64,000 nt of DNA, from contig JBMFIG010000003.1 in assembly GCA_049976425.1 (NCBI GenBank), forward strand, positions 1-64,000, given 5' to 3'. The position numbers and the translations under genes were made by a program. Positions 8,576 through 18,922 of this stretch are shown in pieces; the first letter of the stretch is position 1, and each line of letters opens with the position of its first letter. This stretch comes from Thermoproteus sp. Lineage in GTDB: Archaea > Thermoproteota > Thermoprotei > Thermoproteales > Thermoproteaceae. The notes beneath the pieces were generated by a model. The model was not told the origin of the DNA. It searched no databases and saw nothing but the letters and a program-made list of their open reading frames with translations.

Positions 8576-8633
8576 ACCCTGTGAAGACGGTCTTTAGTAG
8601 CGACGGATGCGCGAGAACCCACGATCTGAGGGT
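8576..8633 (+). ncRNA. Candidate C/D box sRNA
   Basis: ACCCT-GTGAAGA (C)-CGGTCTTTAGTA-GCGA (D')-degenerate C'-GCGAGAACCCACGAT-CTGA (D)-GGGT. Short terminal stem, intergenic. Confidence 0.65.
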
Positions 8634-8653
8634 CTCCTTTATGCTACTCAGCG

Positions 8654-8908
8654 CTAGAGCAGGCCCAGCCGAGAAAGCAGATCGAAGGCGTTGTGTTCGG
8701 GCGCCAGCTTGACCACGGCCTTCTTCTCCCCCCTCGGCGTTATCATGGTGTTCACGTAGCTCACCTTGACCCCGTAGAGCCTCTCTACCTCGTCCTTTAT
8801 GGTCTTCTTGGTGGCCGCCCTATCCACTATCAGAGTTATCTTGTTCTCCCGCTCTGCCAACATGAGGGCCTTCTCTGTCAACACGAATCTCCTTATCGGC
8901 GAGCTCAT
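8654..8908 (-). CDS. rpl23: 50S ribosomal protein L23
   Basis: TEKA...E.ENK..LIVD..ATK..IK..VE.LYGVKV..VNT.I.P.GEKKA.VKL. Confidence 0.95.
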   Translation of the reverse strand: MSSPIRRFVLTEKALMLAERENKITLIVDRAATKKTIKDEVERLYGVKVSYVNTMITPRGEKKAVVKLAPEHNAFDLLSRLGLL

Positions 8909-9765
8909 AGGTACAAGCCCCGTAGAGCCTCTATGGATTGTTGCGTCCACAACGTTAGCCTGCCCGGAACTCCGCCGGGCGCCAAGTGCAGGACGCTCAA
9001 CGACTTGACGTAGGCGACGTCGACGCCGGGCAGATTCCTGGCGGCCCTAACCAGAGGCGCGTCGGGCGAGGAGACGACGACGAGGAGGCTCTTAGGCTCC
9101 TTGTACCTCCTGCCGCGCATCTTGCCGACGCCCGACCTGATCCTGATCCTCTCGGCGGCCCTCTCCACGTCGGGCCACACGCGTAGAGCTTGGAGCGTCC
9201 TCCTCAACTTCTCCGTCTTGTCGAGTCGCTCTATATCGTCGGCGACTACTAGAGGTAGCTGTTCCAAGCCCTCCACGACGTGTCCCCGCGCCTTGACCAG
9301 CTGGAGATACGCCGTGGCGGCGATGGCCGACCTTATGGCGAGCCTCCTCTCCCTCTTGTTTATCTCCTCGCGCAACTTCTTCTCGACTCTCGGAGGATGC
9401 GCCCTCCTCCCGCCCACCGTGTTCGGCGAGAAGCAACCTCTAGGCCATAGATGCCCCTTGTACCTAGGTATTCTGGCTATTCCGAGCCCCACGCCGAAGG
9501 ACTGACAGCTATGGCTCCTGCCAGCCTCGGGGCTCACCCCCTTTGGCTGGAACCTGGCTGAGAGGGCGCTGAGGAACGCCCTCCTTATGAGATCCGGCCT
9601 AACAGGCTCGAAGAAGTGGGGCGGCAGTACAATCTCGCCCACAGCCGATCCGTCCAAGCCGTACACCGGCACCTTCTCCGGCGGCGTTCCTAATAACGGC
9701 TTGATGTAGGGCGATAGGTCCGCCCTCTTCAGCTGAAGCAGTAGCTGGTCGACGGACACGCCCAT
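8905..9765 (-). CDS. rpl4: 50S ribosomal protein L4
   Basis: PVRPDLIRRA, SFGVGLGIARIPR, GGRRAHPP, GKMRGRRY and HLAPGG.PGRLT motifs. Confidence 0.95.
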   Translation of the reverse strand: MGVSVDQLLLQLKRADLSPYIKPLLGTPPEKVPVYGLDGSAVGEIVLPPHFFEPVRPDLIRRAFLSALSARFQPKGVSPEAGRSHSCQSFGVGLGIARIPRYKGHLWPRGCFSPNTVGGRRAHPPRVEKKLREEINKRERRLAIRSAIAATAYLQLVKARGHVVEGLEQLPLVVADDIERLDKTEKLRRTLQALRVWPDVERAAERIRIRSGVGKMRGRRYKEPKSLLVVVSSPDAPLVRAARNLPGVDVAYVKSLSVLHLAPGGVPGRLTLWTQQSIEALRGLYL

Positions 9766-9810
9766 CAGCTCGGACCGGTATTTAAACAATTACCTCAGGC
9801 CTAAAGCGTC

Positions 9811-10824
9811 CTAAATTTGGACCGACAGCCAGACCAGTTGCGGGGCAGACGTCGGCGCCTTGGGCGGCGGCCTCACTGGATGCCGCAATACCACCAGCCG
9901 TTTCTGGACGCCGGGCACGCTGCCGGAGAGCACCAGGAAATCGGTCTTGACAAGCCCGTAGTGCGGCCAGCCTCCCTTGGGGTTTATCTCGGCGGGGTTG
10001 TTGCCTATCTTCAATATTCTCTTGTTGTACTCGGTGCGCTGGTGGAAGCCCATCTGGCCGGGCCTCGGTTGGGTGAACATGAGGGCCGGGCTCTGGGGGC
10101 CTATGGTGCCGGTCCTTCTGTGGCCCTTCCTGTGTTTGTGCCACCTAGGCAGTATCTTCACGCCGAACCTCTTTATTACGCCTTGCCAGCCTTTGCCCCT
10201 AGTTATCGCCAACACGTCGACGAGCTGGCCGGCCGAGAACACGTCGGAGATCCTCACCTCCTTTCCCAGCATGTCGAGCGCGAACTTCAGCCTGTCCTCG
10301 ACGGACGGCACGCCGCCGATAGGTATCTCCAATATCTCTGGGGTCTTCTTGCCTATGCCCGCCAGCCTCGGCTGGGTCGCCACTATGGCCCTCACGTCCA
10401 CCGCCATGCCCTTGACCGCCTCGATCCTCTTCAGCTCGGCCTCTAGGTCGAACTTCTCCGGCAACGTCTTGACGGCTCTGTAGACGTCCTTGGGCACCTC
10501 CGGCGCCCACACCTCGCCCACCGCCTTCCTATAGCCGTTGGTCGGGTCCAGGGTGTAGAGCCTCGCCGCGATTACTCGCAGAGGCGGGGCCTCCAAGACT
10601 GTCGCGGCCTTCACGACCTCCTTGCCGAACAGAGGGCTCGTCTGCCTATCCTCCACAACGACGGCGTGTAGCATCCCCACCTTATAGGCGGCGAAGCCCA
10701 AGAGCGAGGGCTTGCCTAGGTTGGGATCGGGCCAAGTCCTCACTCTGGGGACTATGTCGCTCGCCCTCTTGCGCGGGTATACGCCCATCGAGCCGCGGCG
10801 CGGCCTATTGATCTTAAGGCCCAT
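9811..10824 (-). CDS. rpl3: 50S ribosomal protein L3
   Basis: PRRGSMGVYPRKRA, YKVGM, GKGWQGVIKRFG and GQMGFHQRTEYNK motifs. Confidence 0.96.
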   Translation of the reverse strand: MGLKINRPRRGSMGVYPRKRASDIVPRVRTWPDPNLGKPSLLGFAAYKVGMLHAVVVEDRQTSPLFGKEVVKAATVLEAPPLRVIAARLYTLDPTNGYRKAVGEVWAPEVPKDVYRAVKTLPEKFDLEAELKRIEAVKGMAVDVRAIVATQPRLAGIGKKTPEILEIPIGGVPSVEDRLKFALDMLGKEVRISDVFSAGQLVDVLAITRGKGWQGVIKRFGVKILPRWHKHRKGHRRTGTIGPQSPALMFTQPRPGQMGFHQRTEYNKRILKIGNNPAEINPKGGWPHYGLVKTDFLVLSGSVPGVQKRLVVLRHPVRPPPKAPTSAPQLVWLSVQI

Positions 10825-10905
10825 AGCCGCGTCCGGTACAACGTCTTTAAAAATTTGGACGCCGCCGAGTCCCCAAAATTTAAAACTAGATAACGGCGCC
10901 TCCTC

Positions 10906-11217
10906 ATGAAGCGGTGGACTTGCTACGTATGCGGGAAGGACGTGGTTGAGGGGCAGCTCTTCACGTTCACGAACAAGGGCGCCGTGCATCTGAGCTGCCT
11001 CCACAGATCGATGGCGCCGAAGCTGTACAAGAACGGCACCGACGCCGCGCTTTTCGAGCTTATGGCCTTCGCCAACGAGGGCATCGTGAAGGTCAAGAAC
11101 GTCGAGGACATGATCGAGGACGAGGAGGTCAAGAAGCTGGTCCTCGAGTTCAGGAAAAGCCTAGAGGGCTTCGCGGCCAGGCTGACCAACAAGCTGGTGG
11201 AGCGGGTCGGGGCCTAG
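10906..11217 (+). CDS. DUF2175-like zinc-finger protein
   Basis: W.CYVCG..V.EGQLFTF..KG.VHLSC. Confidence 0.75.
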   Translation: MKRWTCYVCGKDVVEGQLFTFTNKGAVHLSCLHRSMAPKLYKNGTDAALFELMAFANEGIVKVKNVEDMIEDEEVKKLVLEFRKSLEGFAARLTNKLVERVGA

Positions 11218-12965
11218 AAGCTGTAGTATCCATCCGGCGTCTTGATCTCGACGAAGTTTTCGTCCCTCTCTAGGTAGAGGACTATCGACGCGTTCCTCAG
11301 AACCAGCCGTCCCCCCTCGCCGCGTATCTCCCTGATAGGCCCCTCCGCTATTTCTGGGTACCTCCTCCTTATCCTATACAGCGTCCTCAACGCGGCCAAC
11401 ACCTCGGGATCCGGCTTGAGGTCGTCGAGAGGCCTCCTGTTGGTGTGGTCGGCGGCTAGGCCCTCGGCGCAACTCTCGCCGCCGGCGTACAGGCCCGGTA
11501 TCCCCGGCATTGAGTAGATAAGCGCGTACGCCATCAAGGCCCTCCTCTTGTCCGCACGGGAGCAGAACCTGTCGGTGTCGTGGTTCTCGATAAACGTATA
11601 CATATACCTCAGCTGGCCCGGCGCCAACCTGCCTATATACCTCTTGACCCGCGCGGCGAACTCGCCTGCGTCGATCTTCTCGAACGCCAAGAAGTCCAGG
11701 ATGGCGCCGTACAGCTCATACGCCGTGAAGCCGTGGTGCGCGCCCAGAAACGCCGAGGGGTCGCCCGTATGCTCCGCCAACAAGTAGTGCGTCTCTGCGT
11801 ATCTCTCCAACAACCTCCTCCACACCCCGGGCGGTATGCCGTGGGCCACGTCGAATCTGAAGCCCTCGGCCTTATCGGACCAGAAGGATAGGACCGACTC
11901 GGCATAGGCTAGGGCCTCCGCCTTCTCGTAGTTTATCCTCGGCATGGCCCACACAGCCATGAAGGTCTCGTACGGCGGATCTCCTCTGAAGAAGCGGCGC
12001 CACTCGGGCCTAGGGAAGATCGAGGCTATCTCGAGGGCCCACTCGACGGCCTTCTCGTCCCTTATTATGAAGAGGTCCCGCCTCTCCTTGAACATAGACG
12101 ACTTAAGCCCCACGTGGTGTAGAACAACGTCCAGCACCACGCCGACGCCTCTTTCGGCGGCCCTCCTCCTGAGCTCCTCATAGGCTTGGAGGCCGCCTAG
12201 AAGCTCGTCGACCGACTTGTGGTCCAACACATCGTATCTGTGGTAGCTGATCGCCCTGTATATGGGGTGTATGTAGAGGGCGTCGGCCAGTTGCGCTATG
12301 TAGTCAAGCATATCCGCCAGATCCCTCAAATCCCCGCCGCAGTGGTCCCACCTGAGATCCCTACATCCGAACCTCCTCCTAACTCTGTCGGGCAAGACCT
12401 CGTACATAACTAGAGGGGCCCATCTAGGTCTTCTGAAAGGCCTCACAGAGTCTACCCGTATCTCCGTCCCGCAACACCTGACCTCGTACGGAGGCCCCTC
12501 GACTATTGCCCTATACAGCCTGTGTCCGCCCACCGCCAGCAACTCCTCTCCCTCCGCGCAACGGCCCCCGCCGCATATCTTGGGAGGCTCCACGGAGTAC
12601 GCCCGGACCTCGACCTCGCCGCCGAAAGCCCCAACGTAATACGGGGCGGGGACGTGTACCAGAGGGGCGGGAGGCTCCACCTGGCATTCCCGCTCCTCCG
12701 TCCCTCCGCCGTCCACTACTACCTTGTACCTATAGACGCCGGGCGGGAGGACGAGCTCGGCGCATGCGCGCCCGCCGCGTTCCTTGAGGGGAAACGCGCC
12801 TATCAGCCCGCCGGATAGGGGAGATACCAGATATCCCCTGTCCCCTCCATCCGCGCACACCTCCACCACGGCCGCCACGCCGAAATAGTCGTCGTCGAGC
12901 CAACGCGCCACCCGACACTCCGCGCCGATCTGCAAGCCGCTTTCTGGAGCTTTAGAGGCGCCCAT
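11214..12965 (-). CDS. GH13 alpha-amylase family hydrolase (neopullulanase/cyclomaltodextrinase-like) with N-terminal beta domains
   Basis: YHRYD, DVVLHH, GFRFDVAHG (nucleophile), LAE and ENHD motifs. Start uncertain (12965 or 13043). Confidence 0.88.
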   Translation of the reverse strand: MGASKAPESGLQIGAECRVARWLDDDYFGVAAVVEVCADGGDRGYLVSPLSGGLIGAFPLKERGGRACAELVLPPGVYRYKVVVDGGGTEERECQVEPPAPLVHVPAPYYVGAFGGEVEVRAYSVEPPKICGGGRCAEGEELLAVGGHRLYRAIVEGPPYEVRCCGTEIRVDSVRPFRRPRWAPLVMYEVLPDRVRRRFGCRDLRWDHCGGDLRDLADMLDYIAQLADALYIHPIYRAISYHRYDVLDHKSVDELLGGLQAYEELRRRAAERGVGVVLDVVLHHVGLKSSMFKERRDLFIIRDEKAVEWALEIASIFPRPEWRRFFRGDPPYETFMAVWAMPRINYEKAEALAYAESVLSFWSDKAEGFRFDVAHGIPPGVWRRLLERYAETHYLLAEHTGDPSAFLGAHHGFTAYELYGAILDFLAFEKIDAGEFAARVKRYIGRLAPGQLRYMYTFIENHDTDRFCSRADKRRALMAYALIYSMPGIPGLYAGGESCAEGLAADHTNRRPLDDLKPDPEVLAALRTLYRIRRRYPEIAEGPIREIRGEGGRLVLRNASIVLYLERDENFVEIKTPDGYYSF

Positions 12966-13146
12966 GGACCTCCCCAGCCCGGTGGGTTTGACGGGGCGCC
13001 GGACGCCTCGATACGGGGACGGCGCGTTCTCCGAGAGGCGCATAGGCCATCGAGCGCCAGCCCTCCGTTTTTATTTAAAGATCCCTCGCATCGGCTGGAT
13101 CCGCCGGACGGCGGCCATCTCTATATATAGCCGCCCCTCTTCAGCC

Positions 13147-15267
13147 ATGCAGTACGAGCTCGGTCGCAAGACGGTCAGATTAAGGCTGGACGATAGGCCC
13201 TTGGTCGAGTTCGATCTGCCGAAGGGCTCGCCCGAGCCGCAGATCGACATATCTGGCGACATCGTCAAGGCCTCGTGTTGCGGCGTCGAGGTAGCGTTAA
13301 GGATAACTGTGGAGGGCGGCGCGACCAGGATATGGAAGGAGCTGGGCGTGGGCGAACACGTGTTGGGCCTTGGCGAGAGGGCCATGCCCATAGACAGAAG
13401 GAGGACCGTCGCCGTCATGTTCAACTTCGACGCATACGCCCATCTGCCCTTCATGGATCCGCTGTACGTGTCCATACCGCTCGCCATATTCGTGAAGGGG
13501 GGCAAGGCCTTCGGCCTATTCGTCAACTCGCCGGCCTACTCCGTCTTCGACATAGGGCTTAGGGAATATAATGCGGTAAATATAGAGGTCGAGGACAGGC
13601 CGGAGATCTACCTGATATTCGGCCCGACGCCCATGGAGGTGCTGGAGACGTACTCCGACATAACCGGCAAGCCGTTCCTGCCGCCTAAATGGGCCTTGGG
13701 CTACCAGATATCGCGTTTCACGTACGAGCCCCAGAAGGCCGTGCTCGAGGTCGTGGACGCGGTGCTCAAGGAGGTTCCGCTGGACGCCGTCTACCTAGAC
13801 CTAGACCACATGGACGGCCGGAGGATCTTTACATGGGATCTGCGGAAATTCCCGGATCCCCACGGCCTCGTCTCGGAGCTCCACGAGAGGGGGGTCAAGG
13901 TGGTGCCCATATTGGACCCCTACGTGAAGGCCGAGCCGGGCTATAAGGTATTCGAGGAGGGGCTCCGCCACTTCTTGACTACTGAAAACAACGAGCTCTA
14001 TTTGGTCAAGGGATGGCCCGGCGCCTCGGCCCTCCCGGACTTCCTCAACAGAAAGGCTAGGGAGTGGTGGGCGAGGCTGGTGGAGGAGTACGTCAAGGAG
14101 TACGACGTGGACGGCCTCTGGATAGACATGAACGAGCCGACGAATATGGACGGCGACCTCCTCTTCACAGGAGGCTGGGCGGAGCTTAGGAAGGCTGTGG
14201 CGCTGGGCTTGAAGCCGGGTCCTCTGAACAAGGGCGATCTGCTCAGAAGGACGGCGGCTGGAGCCGTGCATAGGCTCGACGACGGCAGAGTCGTGAAGCA
14301 CGAGAAAGCGCACAACGCCTACGCCTACTTCGAGGCCATGGCGACCTACGAGGGGATGTTGAGGGCCGGCAAGAGGCCGTTCGTCCTCTCCCGCGCCGGC
14401 TACGCCGGCATCCAGCGCTACGCCGCGGTGTGGACCGGCGACGTGATAGCCTCCTGGGAGGGGCTCAAGGCCGCGTTGATGGCGGTGCTCGGCCTCTCGG
14501 CGTCGGGGGTCCACATGGTGGGAGCCGACATAGGCGGATTCGCCGGCTACAGCGATCCCGAGCTCGTCGTGCGTTGGTACCAAGCGTCCGCGTTCTTCCC
14601 GCTCTTCAGAGCCCATAAAGGCAAGGAGGGCAACGACGTAGAGATCTTCGCGTTGCCCGCCAAATACAGGGAGGCCGTGGCGGCGGCGATAAAGCTGAGG
14701 TACAAGTTCCTGCCGTACCTCTGGCACTTGGCTTGGGAGGCCCACCTAACGGGGCGCCCCATATTGAGGCCGTTGCCGCTTGAGTTCCCAGAGGACGAGG
14801 ACGCCTACGGCGTCAACGACGAATACATGGTGGGGCCCTACATACTCGTCGCGCCTCACCTATCGCCGGGCCAGAGGAGGAGCGTCTACTTGCCCGGCGG
14901 CGTGTGGATGGACTACTGGTCGGGCGTCGTCCAGCTGGGCCCGTCGTGGATAGAGTCGTCGGCCGACCTCCCGATATACGTGAGGAGGGGCTCGGCGGTG
15001 TTGGGCGACGGCTTCCTGATGATATACGGGGAGGGAAGCTGGCGCATATATCACGGCGAGGACGAGAGGCCGCGCGTGCTCGAGGTCAAGGCGTCCGGCA
15101 ACGTGGTCGAGCTGTCGGGCGACCTGGTCGAGCTGGACGAGCTGATAGTGTTGGGCGCCCGGTACTCGGAGGCCGAGGTCGACGGGGCGAGGAGGCCCGG
15201 GACAAGCGAGGCGGCGGGGACCAGGATAGAGATTGGGGGGACCGCGAGGAGGATAGTGCTCAAGTGA
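13147..15267 (+). CDS. malA: GH31 alpha-glucosidase
   Basis: GLGE, PKWALGY, WIDMNEP (nucleophile), SRAGYAGIQRY..WTGD and GADIGGF motifs. Confidence 0.92.
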   Translation: MQYELGRKTVRLRLDDRPLVEFDLPKGSPEPQIDISGDIVKASCCGVEVALRITVEGGATRIWKELGVGEHVLGLGERAMPIDRRRTVAVMFNFDAYAHLPFMDPLYVSIPLAIFVKGGKAFGLFVNSPAYSVFDIGLREYNAVNIEVEDRPEIYLIFGPTPMEVLETYSDITGKPFLPPKWALGYQISRFTYEPQKAVLEVVDAVLKEVPLDAVYLDLDHMDGRRIFTWDLRKFPDPHGLVSELHERGVKVVPILDPYVKAEPGYKVFEEGLRHFLTTENNELYLVKGWPGASALPDFLNRKAREWWARLVEEYVKEYDVDGLWIDMNEPTNMDGDLLFTGGWAELRKAVALGLKPGPLNKGDLLRRTAAGAVHRLDDGRVVKHEKAHNAYAYFEAMATYEGMLRAGKRPFVLSRAGYAGIQRYAAVWTGDVIASWEGLKAALMAVLGLSASGVHMVGADIGGFAGYSDPELVVRWYQASAFFPLFRAHKGKEGNDVEIFALPAKYREAVAAAIKLRYKFLPYLWHLAWEAHLTGRPILRPLPLEFPEDEDAYGVNDEYMVGPYILVAPHLSPGQRRSVYLPGGVWMDYWSGVVQLGPSWIESSADLPIYVRRGSAVLGDGFLMIYGEGSWRIYHGEDERPRVLEVKASGNVVELSGDLVELDELIVLGARYSEAEVDGARRPGTSEAAGTRIEIGGTARRIVLK

Positions 15268-16081
15268 CCGCGCAGGGCCCGCTGGGTATTTCCGCCCTTA
15301 TTAACCGGCCGTAGCGGGACAAGGCCGAGTAGAGCTTGTCGATGTCGTCGGCCACGAAGACGTGCGAAGGGCCTGTGCCCGACACGCCTCCGACGGCGCC
15401 CATCCTCAAGGCCTCTATGGTCGGCGCCGGGTCGTAGCCTAGGGCGAAGCCGTAGGCTATGGCGTTTATCGCCATCGCCGTCCTCCAGTCGCCTCTAAGC
15501 GCGTAGAGCACCGCGGCCCTCACGGCGGGCGCCACAGCCCTCATCTCCTCCAGCCGGCCTCTGCCCTTGCCCCACGGCGGGATCAAGACCAGCGCGGCGC
15601 CCGACACGTCCAGTTTCCTGAGCAATGCGTTCTCCCCGTTGTCTGTCAGCCAGGCCTCGCCCAGCGCCGAGGCCGTCGCGTCGTCGAAGGCGCCGGTGAC
15701 ACTTATTCCCACCGCCTTGCTTATCTCAGCGTTAAGCCGCGCGACGTCTAGACGACTTAGCCCCAGCCCGAACAGCTCGTTCAGAGCAAGTATCAACGAG
15801 TTCAACGCCGCGCTGCTCGACTTAAGGCCGCCGGCGGTCGGCAAATCGCCGGAGAACCTCACGGCAACCCCCCCGAACTTGAAACGCGCCCTCAAGATCT
15901 CCAGCGCTTTGTAGATCGGCGAGAGGTCGATGTCGGCGTACGACGAGACGGCGTCTCCGTCGCCCTCGCAGACCTCGGCCACGACCTTAAGCGATAGGGG
16001 GAACGATGCGCCGATGCCTAGGGCTATCGCGTTCACTATGCTACCTCCGCCCCAGGCGCAGGCCCGGGCACAACGCGGCAT
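15260..16081 (-). CDS. aroK: Archaeal (GHMP-family) shikimate kinase
   Basis: SIVNAIA.G.G, GLKSSSA, SVTGAFDD and SGTGPS motifs. Confidence 0.9.
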   Translation of the reverse strand: MPRCARACAWGGGSIVNAIALGIGASFPLSLKVVAEVCEGDGDAVSSYADIDLSPIYKALEILRARFKFGGVAVRFSGDLPTAGGLKSSSAALNSLILALNELFGLGLSRLDVARLNAEISKAVGISVTGAFDDATASALGEAWLTDNGENALLRKLDVSGAALVLIPPWGKGRGRLEEMRAVAPAVRAAVLYALRGDWRTAMAINAIAYGFALGYDPAPTIEALRMGAVGGVSGTGPSHVFVADDIDKLYSALSRYGRLIRAEIPSGPCAVT

Positions 16082-17175
16082 CAGCCCGCAGGCTTGTCGC
16101 GTCTTATGAGCCCGGCCCTCAAAGCGTGGTCGGCCAGCACGAGCGCTGTCATCGCCTCCAACGCCACCAAGGCCTTGGGAACGGTCGTCACGTCGTATCT
16201 GCCCTTGAACTCCAGCGTGTACGGCTCCATCCTCGAAAGGTCGACCGTCCTCTGGGGCTTCCTGACGGAGGGGGTGGGCTTGAAGTATACGCGGAACCAC
16301 ACGGGCTCGCCCACGGTTATGCCGCCCAACACGCCGCCCGCCTTGTTCGTCGCGAGCCCCACTCTGCCGTCCTTAAGAACTATGGGGTCGTTGGCCTCGC
16401 TCCCCCTCATCCTGGCCAGCCTTATGCCGGCGCCCATTTCGAAGGCGACGGCGCTCGGTATCGACATCGCGGCCTTGGCCAGATCGGCCTTTATCTTGTC
16501 GAAGACGGGCTCGCCGAGCCCAGGCGGCACGTTGACGGCCCACACCTCGGCGGCGCCTCCGATCGAGTCGCCCTCCTTCACCGCCTTGACTATCTCGTCG
16601 AGCATCGCCTTGAGGGCCTGGTCGTCGACGACGGGTATCGGCTTGCTCCAGGCGGCCTTTATGTCGTCCACCGAGTACTCCTTGGAGATCTGGACGCCGC
16701 CGAGCTCGACTATATGGCCCACGACCTCCACGCCCAAAATCGCCAACAGTTTCTTCGCCACCGCCCCCGCCACGACAAGCGCCGCGGTCGCCCTCCCCGA
16801 AGCCCTCCCGCCTCCCCTATGGTCGTAGTTGTCGCCGTATTTTAGATAGTACGCGAGGTCGGCGTGGCCGGGCCTCGGCCTCTTCCACAGCTCGTCGTAA
16901 TAGCTAGAGATGACGCGTCTGTTCCATATAACGACGGCGATGGGGGTCCCCTGGGTCTTCCCGTTCTTGACGCCCGACAGTATCTCGAACTCCTCCGGCT
17001 CGCAACGCGGGTTGAGCACAGGTATGTTGCAGAACATCCTCCTGTCGAGCTCCCTCCTTATGTCCTCCTCGCCCAGCTCCAAGCCCGCCGGGACGCCGTC
17101 TACGACCACCCCTATAGCTCTGCCGTGGCTCTCGCCGAATGTGGCTATCCGTAGCTCTCTGCCGAAGAACGACAT
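16081..17175 (-). CDS. aroC: Chorismate synthase
   Basis: [27 protein letters not shown] and GRYD motifs. Confidence 0.96.
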   Translation of the reverse strand: MSFFGRELRIATFGESHGRAIGVVVDGVPAGLELGEEDIRRELDRRMFCNIPVLNPRCEPEEFEILSGVKNGKTQGTPIAVVIWNRRVISSYYDELWKRPRPGHADLAYYLKYGDNYDHRGGGRASGRATAALVVAGAVAKKLLAILGVEVVGHIVELGGVQISKEYSVDDIKAAWSKPIPVVDDQALKAMLDEIVKAVKEGDSIGGAAEVWAVNVPPGLGEPVFDKIKADLAKAAMSIPSAVAFEMGAGIRLARMRGSEANDPIVLKDGRVGLATNKAGGVLGGITVGEPVWFRVYFKPTPSVRKPQRTVDLSRMEPYTLEFKGRYDVTTVPKALVALEAMTALVLADHALRAGLIRRDKPAG

Positions 17176-17241
17176 ATGTGGGGATGCGAGGGCGCTAAAT
17201 AGCTTCTCGCAGAATAATATTTTTAACAAGCCCATCGCGAT

Positions 17242-18033
17242 GTGAGGCTCTTCGCGGTGATCGGCGACCGCGTGAGGAGGTACTCGGCGTCGCCCGCGAT
17301 GCACAACGCGTCTTTCAAGAGCTTGGGCGTCGACGCCTACTTCATAGCGGTGGACGTCCCTAAACACGGGCTGTCTTGCTTCGTCGACCTCGCCCGCTTC
17401 AACCTCGCGGGGTTCAACGTGACGATACCGCACAAGGAGGAGATAGCCAAGTATCTGGACGGCGTAGTGATGGAGGCGAGGGCCGTGGGCGCGGTGAACA
17501 CGGTCAAGGTCGAGAGGAACCTCTTGGTGGGGTACAACACGGACTACCTCGCCGTCTACAGGCTCGCGGGGAGGTACATGGAGGGGGGCAGAGTTCTAGT
17601 GCTGGGCGCTGGAGGCGCCGCGAGGGCCGCGGTGTACGCTGCGGTCAAGGCCGGCGCGGCGGAGGTAGTCGTTGCCAACAGGACCAGGGAGAGGGCCGAG
17701 TCCTTGGCCAAGGAATTCTCCGAGAGGTTCGGCGCGAGGATCCGCGGCGTGGGGCTCGGCGATGTGGGGAGGGCCGACGTCGTCGTCAACGCGACGCCGG
17801 TCCACGACACGGTGCTGGCTCCGCTGGACGGCGCCAAGGCGTACGTGGAGTTCGTCTACAACCCGCCGAAGACCGCCATGGTCGCGCTCGCCGAGGAGCT
17901 AGGCGTCGCCGTGGTGGACGGCGTCGATATACTGGTCGAGCAGGGCGCCGCCGCCGAGGAGATATGGCTCGGCGTCAAGCCGGACAGATCGGTCATGCGT
18001 AGGGCCGTGTTGGAGTTCCTCGGAGTCAAGTAG
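17242..18033 (+). CDS. aroE: Shikimate dehydrogenase
   Basis: SP.MHN, NVTIPHK, GAVNT, NTD, GAGGAA and NRT motifs. Confidence 0.95.
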   Translation: MRLFAVIGDRVRRYSASPAMHNASFKSLGVDAYFIAVDVPKHGLSCFVDLARFNLAGFNVTIPHKEEIAKYLDGVVMEARAVGAVNTVKVERNLLVGYNTDYLAVYRLAGRYMEGGRVLVLGAGGAARAAVYAAVKAGAAEVVVANRTRERAESLAKEFSERFGARIRGVGLGDVGRADVVVNATPVHDTVLAPLDGAKAYVEFVYNPPKTAMVALAEELGVAVVDGVDILVEQGAAAEEIWLGVKPDRSVMRRAVLEFLGVK

Positions 18034-18922
18034 GCACGACTATCTGCACTGCCTTACACATCTGGACAACCAGATCGAAAAGCTGTTTGAAGTCGCCGGC
18101 GCGTTTCAGCACCTCGGCCTCCCTGCTGTCGTCGTACACCGAGAGGCCCAGCGACTTCTTTAACCTGCCTATGTCTCTGCATATCTCGAGCCTCAGCTTT
18201 AGTAGATGGATCAACGCCGAGTCCACTGCGTCGAGCGCGGCCCTCATATCGGGTAACGACGATAGGTTGCTATATATCCCCAGCGATGAATATATAGCCT
18301 CCATCGCCCCATAGCTCAGCTGGCCCGGCGCCGCCGGTGCGTCCAGAGCGGCGTACGTGAAGGGGGCCCCCATGAGGGGGGCGAAGATTCTGGACATAAC
18401 GCCGAGGGGGCCCATGGCGAACGCCACCACGGGCTTTCCGCCGCGGCCTACCAGCGACAAGACCTTGAAGTTGTCGTCCCAGCCCTTGGCCGTGGTGGCT
18501 ATCTTCACCACGTCTGCCCCGCCCTTCTCGGCCTCGCGGACCCATCCTCTCAAGATCTCGAGATCCGGCGTCCCCCCGAAATCGTGTCTGCTCAAGATAG
18601 CCTTGGCGGGCCCCTTGGCTCTCACTACCTCTTCCCTTATCTTCGCCGCGAGCTCGACGTCGACGTACTGCGGCGCCGCGTCGAGAGCCTTAAGGTAGAC
18701 GGAGAGCCTCTCTTCCTCCGAGCCCTTAAAGTGGCCGCCCTCGGCGGACGATCTGACTGTCACTATTAGGGTCTTCGACCTAGCCAGCTCGCCCAACAGG
18801 TCGACGACGGGGGCGAGCTCGCCCCTATAGGGATCTAGACGGGCCTCGACGCATCTGACCGGCGACCTTAACGCCTTCTCGAGATCTCTAGGTCTCTCCA
18901 CCAATACCGTGGCGCATATCAG
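18026..18922 (-). CDS. aroD: Type I 3-dehydroquinate dehydratase fused to a C-terminal chorismate mutase (AroQ-type) domain
   Basis: E.RLD, T.R...EGG, HDF, KIA, MG...SRI and APGQ motifs. C-terminus R..LD.VD......L..R......IG.LK......D..RE. Start codon problematic (see findings). Confidence 0.9.
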   Translation of the reverse strand: MICATVLVERPRDLEKALRSPVRCVEARLDPYRGELAPVVDLLGELARSKTLIVTVRSSAEGGHFKGSEEERLSVYLKALDAAPQYVDVELAAKIREEVVRAKGPAKAILSRHDFGGTPDLEILRGWVREAEKGGADVVKIATTAKGWDDNFKVLSLVGRGGKPVVAFAMGPLGVMSRIFAPLMGAPFTYAALDAPAAPGQLSYGAMEAIYSSLGIYSNLSSLPDMRAALDAVDSALIHLLKLRLEICRDIGRLKKSLGLSVYDDSREAEVLKRAGDFKQLFDLVVQMCKAVQIVVPT

